Source: Mytilus californianus (Eukaryota). From it: a stretch of DNA of 64,000 nt. Where the stretch lies: positions 85,808,001-85,872,000 of the forward strand of contig NW_026262745.1 of assembly GCF_021869535.1 (NCBI RefSeq), given 5' to 3'. A program made the position numbers and the translations under genes. Positions within the stretch are counted from its first letter, which is position 1. The number at the start of each line of letters is the position of its first letter. Below, piece after piece: positions 59,813 to 64,000 of the stretch. Below the pieces are notes generated by a model. That model searched no databases. It saw only the letters and a program-made list of their open reading frames with translations, and was not told where the DNA came from.

Positions 59813-62800
59813 GACATGAAAAGGCCAGTTTTGAAAAGTATAGAATTCTGTAACTTGTAAAATGAATAGAAGAATTGAAAATGTCACATGAAGACTACAG
59901 TTTCTTTTCGTAAAGAAAATATCGTTTCACTGTTACTTTTATGTTTTGATATAATATCAAAAAGTAAATGAAAAACAATAAACATATAATATCATGCCTG
60001 TACTTCCAGTCAGTTTTTGCCTTAATTTTTTTAAATACAATATTTTGGCACACCGTCGTATAATCTAAGTAACGTCAAGAATTTAGTTTGAATACCACCT
60101 AAAAGACGTTTTGCACATTCACAGGTTTTCATGATATTGTCTTACAAATATAGGTAATAGGTACAAATGTACCTACATTCGGTTGTTACATACAACATAT
60201 CCTTTATTTGAGTGCACATAGACATTTTGACGTTTCAACTCTGCTATGTTGCTTTGAATTAAATGAAATCAATAAAATAGTACCGAAGAACTACTTAATA
60301 TTTGCATGCAATTTAGTGTTATGTACAGTATATGTTCTTATTTTTAGAGAATTCAATACTATTTTGTTATTTCTAAATTATACTAATTTCTCTAATGGAG
60401 TGGTGCTTTGAGGTGTTGGTCTTTTATTGGTATGTTTTTCATATAAAATCTAAATGTAAAATAATGCAATCAGATATTTATTATTTCAATTATAAAACTT
60501 TGACAAACTCTTTCAATAGTTCAGAGAATTTCAGCAATTTTCCATCAACATTTTTTTTTCTTTTGCGATCTGTTGCTATTGACTATGAAAATGTGTTATT
60601 AACTTCATGAATTCGAAAACAATTATATATTTGATGGGAAATATAATTTAACGAAAGCATCTTCTTATGTAAAACATAGAGGCATTATAAGCATTACCAC
60701 TTTGTGTCAATTCAAGCCCTATCGCCTATTGTCCTTTTTTAGTTGAGCAATAAAGTTACTTTTTCACCCAACTTGATTCAGCTCCCATTTGTGCATGAGT
60801 TGTCACTCCTGGATATGTATTGACATCGAAAATTGAAAAACATCATGCATATCTGTGGAAATACATGTTGACCAAAATTTATACTTAAAATTAACTGAAA
60901 CTTCTAGTATCATACATGTACCAGACATCATACCATCGGAAATTGAAAAAAAGATTTAAAGAAAAGAAATGTTATACAAACTACTTGAAAGTTTCTAACC
61001 GAATTGAAGACTGTTAAGACAAAACGTGCTATAGCGATATGCGAGGATCTAAAGATGAAAAGACCTTTACATGTAGTGGACATATGTTAGGAAAGATCAT
61101 TATTGAAAATCAGTGATGCTCTTGAAATATCCCATTTTCATTTATGCTTTTTAAGCAATCACGTGAAACTGAATTCAAAGTAACTGTGTAGTTTAGAAGC
61201 TAAGAATATGTTTATGAAAAATGTTGCCATAAACATACCGTTGACTTGTCAGAGTTTTATCCCTTAACCCCTTTAGTAATGCATACTTTGATTGACCACG
61301 TGATTGTTAAAAAGCCCAGGATGTAGGTTCAGAAGTGAGGCCATGAGTTTGATAACCTTCTGTTAATTTATTTTATGCAACTCCCCGAAACAGCGTCTTA
61401 TACGTTAAATACAGAATAGGGTCAATGTTGGAATAGTTTATTTGATATTATATGTATATCTTACGAATAACCAATTTGGATAATCATTAAGAGTGCATAA
61501 TAATATTATTAGATAGAAAGATTTCATAAATTAATAATAAAACTTAAATTCGTTTACTTGTTGTTAATTACTCTCTCATTGTGTTAACAACATAACATTT
61601 GTGAATATAGTATTTTAATAAACTTATCTTCTTTATTTTCAGCCCGAAAATATACACATGTAAATAAATCCAGTAGGAGCATACGGGTACCAGTTATCAC
61701 GCATGAAATTCGAGCAGTGGAAAGTAAGGGTAAAACGAAGATTGAACTCCGATCATTGCAAAAGGACATACGAACTAATAAACCAGTGATTCCACATTGC
61801 ACCATTTTAAGTTTCTGTTACACTTTTAAACAAATATTGTTTTAATCCCACTAGTGCCTCTGTGATACATGTTAAGAATATAACTTTACCCCAGAAATCG
61901 TTCATATGTTTATCCGTTTTCCTGAAGGTAATATTGTTAATTTTAATAAGCTTTATCGAGGTCATTATTTAGGTTTAATTCCTTGAGGTTTGGCAAACCA
62001 CATTCAAATAGTTATTGATGAAATTAAAATAGAATATAGCATGGGCACTTGCAACACATGGTGTAATATTTGAATGATGTCTATTGTAACTCTTAACACT
62101 AGTATATTTTTTTTTTACAACTGTCCCCATAAATGAGTAACCCTAATAAATGCAATGCTTTACGTCATTTGCCAAATCAAGTTATACTTGTATGCATAAA
62201 GCATACTGTTTTGGTCATATGAGTCACTGACATATGGCAATGCATTTTAAAGTATAGTGCATGAATTTTTCTTCAAAACAAGACATTTCGTAATATTGGC
62301 ATCATTGTTAAATATTGTTCATCTCACTTTGCCTTATTTATCACACTGTATGTATACATTTATTTTGTGTTTGCTTCATATTCTATTAATCTTCTTAATA
62401 TGTATTTTTTCTTCCTTCCTTTCATAAACTGTTTATTTAATCAGGGTATTATGTTATGTAGAATAGATTATAACTCATGTCATTGTGACGAGTTCAGTGT
62501 AGATGGGATAAGTCACTAGTTGTTTTGCGCGTCCATGATTTTTTTTACTGTGTATGAAAAGACCATTGAACTATGTTCTTAATAATAAAAAATTTTATGT
62601 CTGTTTTTTTTTTAAATCTTCATCAGATACAAGGCGTTTAAAAATGTGATTGACATTTCACATATATTGGATTTTTTTTATTGCAATCGTACATGCAGCT
62701 GCACGTTTTGCTACTCGTTTTTAAGAAAGTTAAACGTTTTATTGTCTGAAATAGACTTTCTATTGAGGTTGATTTCATATGACCTGAAAGATTCTCTTTC

Positions 62801-63125
62801 AATCTTTCACATGTTTCAGTGATAGAGGGACCAATATTAGATTATAGGCTTGTACAGATTATGAACTTTAAAAATGTTTACGACGCCATATGCAATTTTC
62901 TTTATTCATCGTTGTTGCAATAGGTAAAATGCCGACACAGAGAACCAAAGATCGTTTGTATCGGTCTGCCAAAATAATGTGTATACACTGTACAGACTAT
63001 AGATATACGATTACATGTGATATTCTTGTTAAACGGTTTTTTTGACGACATTGTATAATATAAATGCATTAACTGTAAATAAAAATATTGTTATGTTAAT
63101 GTAGTTTTGTATTAATCGATAAATA

Positions 63126-63544
63126 CCACAAAGGTTGACTGGGAGACAGAAAGATTGTCATCTCTGGACTTTCCCTTTCCTGCGATTAAATCCTTACTAA
63201 AGTGGGCTGTGCTTTTGGTTCAGCTGAATGTAGAGATTCCCAGCAACGTCTGTTCGAAATTGCAAGGTTAAATCCGATGAGTCTTGTATGGTTAGTGTCA
63301 CGCACTCTGCACGTTTAAAATCCCTTGCAAAAACTCTCTGATTACCCGTATGTTGCAAGGCAAAAGTCTTCCTGTATTTAAATTATCCTTATTATTTAGT
63401 CGCGGTCAAAAATCCCTGCCCTTATCCCGGTTGTGACATCTAGCAGATAAATTGTTAATATGTTCTCGTCCTGAAAATGCATGGAATAAGTGTCACTGGA
63501 CGTTAAGGAATGAACAATCATTCAATCAATCAATCAATATCAAT
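63126..63544 (+). mobile_element. Older full-length copy of SINE-like family E
   Basis: Starts CCACAAAGGTTGACTGGG; central GTTAAATCCGATG...GCACGTTTAAAATCCCTTGCAA; ends CTCGTCCTGAAAATGCATG...(CAAT)n. Confidence 0.75.
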
Positions 63545-64000
63545 ATTGTATGAATTTCCATCTTTCAAATTTTCATCCATAGTAAATATGTTGTTCCCCC
63601 ATGTTTTATTTGTTTTAAGGGAATATGATACAATTCTCTTTAGTGTTGTAGTTTATATACACCTGACATAAAGTATTACGTTAACTTACTACACAGTTTG
63701 TCAAACAAGATGATGTCTTGGGTAATAAAAATAGACAATGTTTAACTTTGGATGCTTGAAAGTAGAAAAGTTCAATAGTGCAATTTCTTTTGTTTGGCAA
63801 ATATGAATATATGTCAGTGATTACAATACACACGACAATGTTCCATACAAAGTGAAGAAACCGTTCACACGAAACTCCGATGCTAACCGTTTTCTCATTT
63901 CATGGATCAAACATCAAATTTGTTGTTGTGGTAGTCTTTGCCTTTTTTTGGTGCAAAGCTTATGATAAATTATCGAAATTTGAAGTGGTGGTACTCTCTC

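Noticed and set aside
1-64000. tRNA, rRNA, intact transposase or prokaryotic operon
   Set aside because: None recognised on either strand

Overview
Very AT-rich (roughly 30% GC by eye) eukaryotic genomic DNA. The HSPA12-type gene, the intron style and the repeat content point to a bivalve mollusc, probably a Mytilus-like mussel (inference). There are two host genes. One is the first coding exon of an HSPA12-family gene (minus, 406-780), which continues off the left edge. The other is a complete 17-coding-exon SLC26/prestin-like anion transporter (plus, 37846-59143, 783 aa by my hand splice). The rest is intergenic or intronic DNA dense in short repeats: TIR elements, a Helentron-type element, a SINE-like family, a LINE 3' end, Penelope-like (PLE) fragments and minisatellites. 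Most ORFs in the supplied track are spurious. Main signal 1: three divergent repeat families share a helix-by-helix match to a circularly permuted (type-P5) twister ribozyme, with compensatory base changes. One of these families is the 3' UTR of a PLE reverse-transcriptase ORF. P1 is replaced by two short palindromes, and one element also carries a hammerhead relic. Main signal 2: two introns of the SLC26 gene end in tandem ~53-55 bp arrays that duplicate the splice acceptor plus the first exon bases, and every upstream acceptor leads to a premature stop. All alignments and folds were done by eye; nothing was searched or computed.
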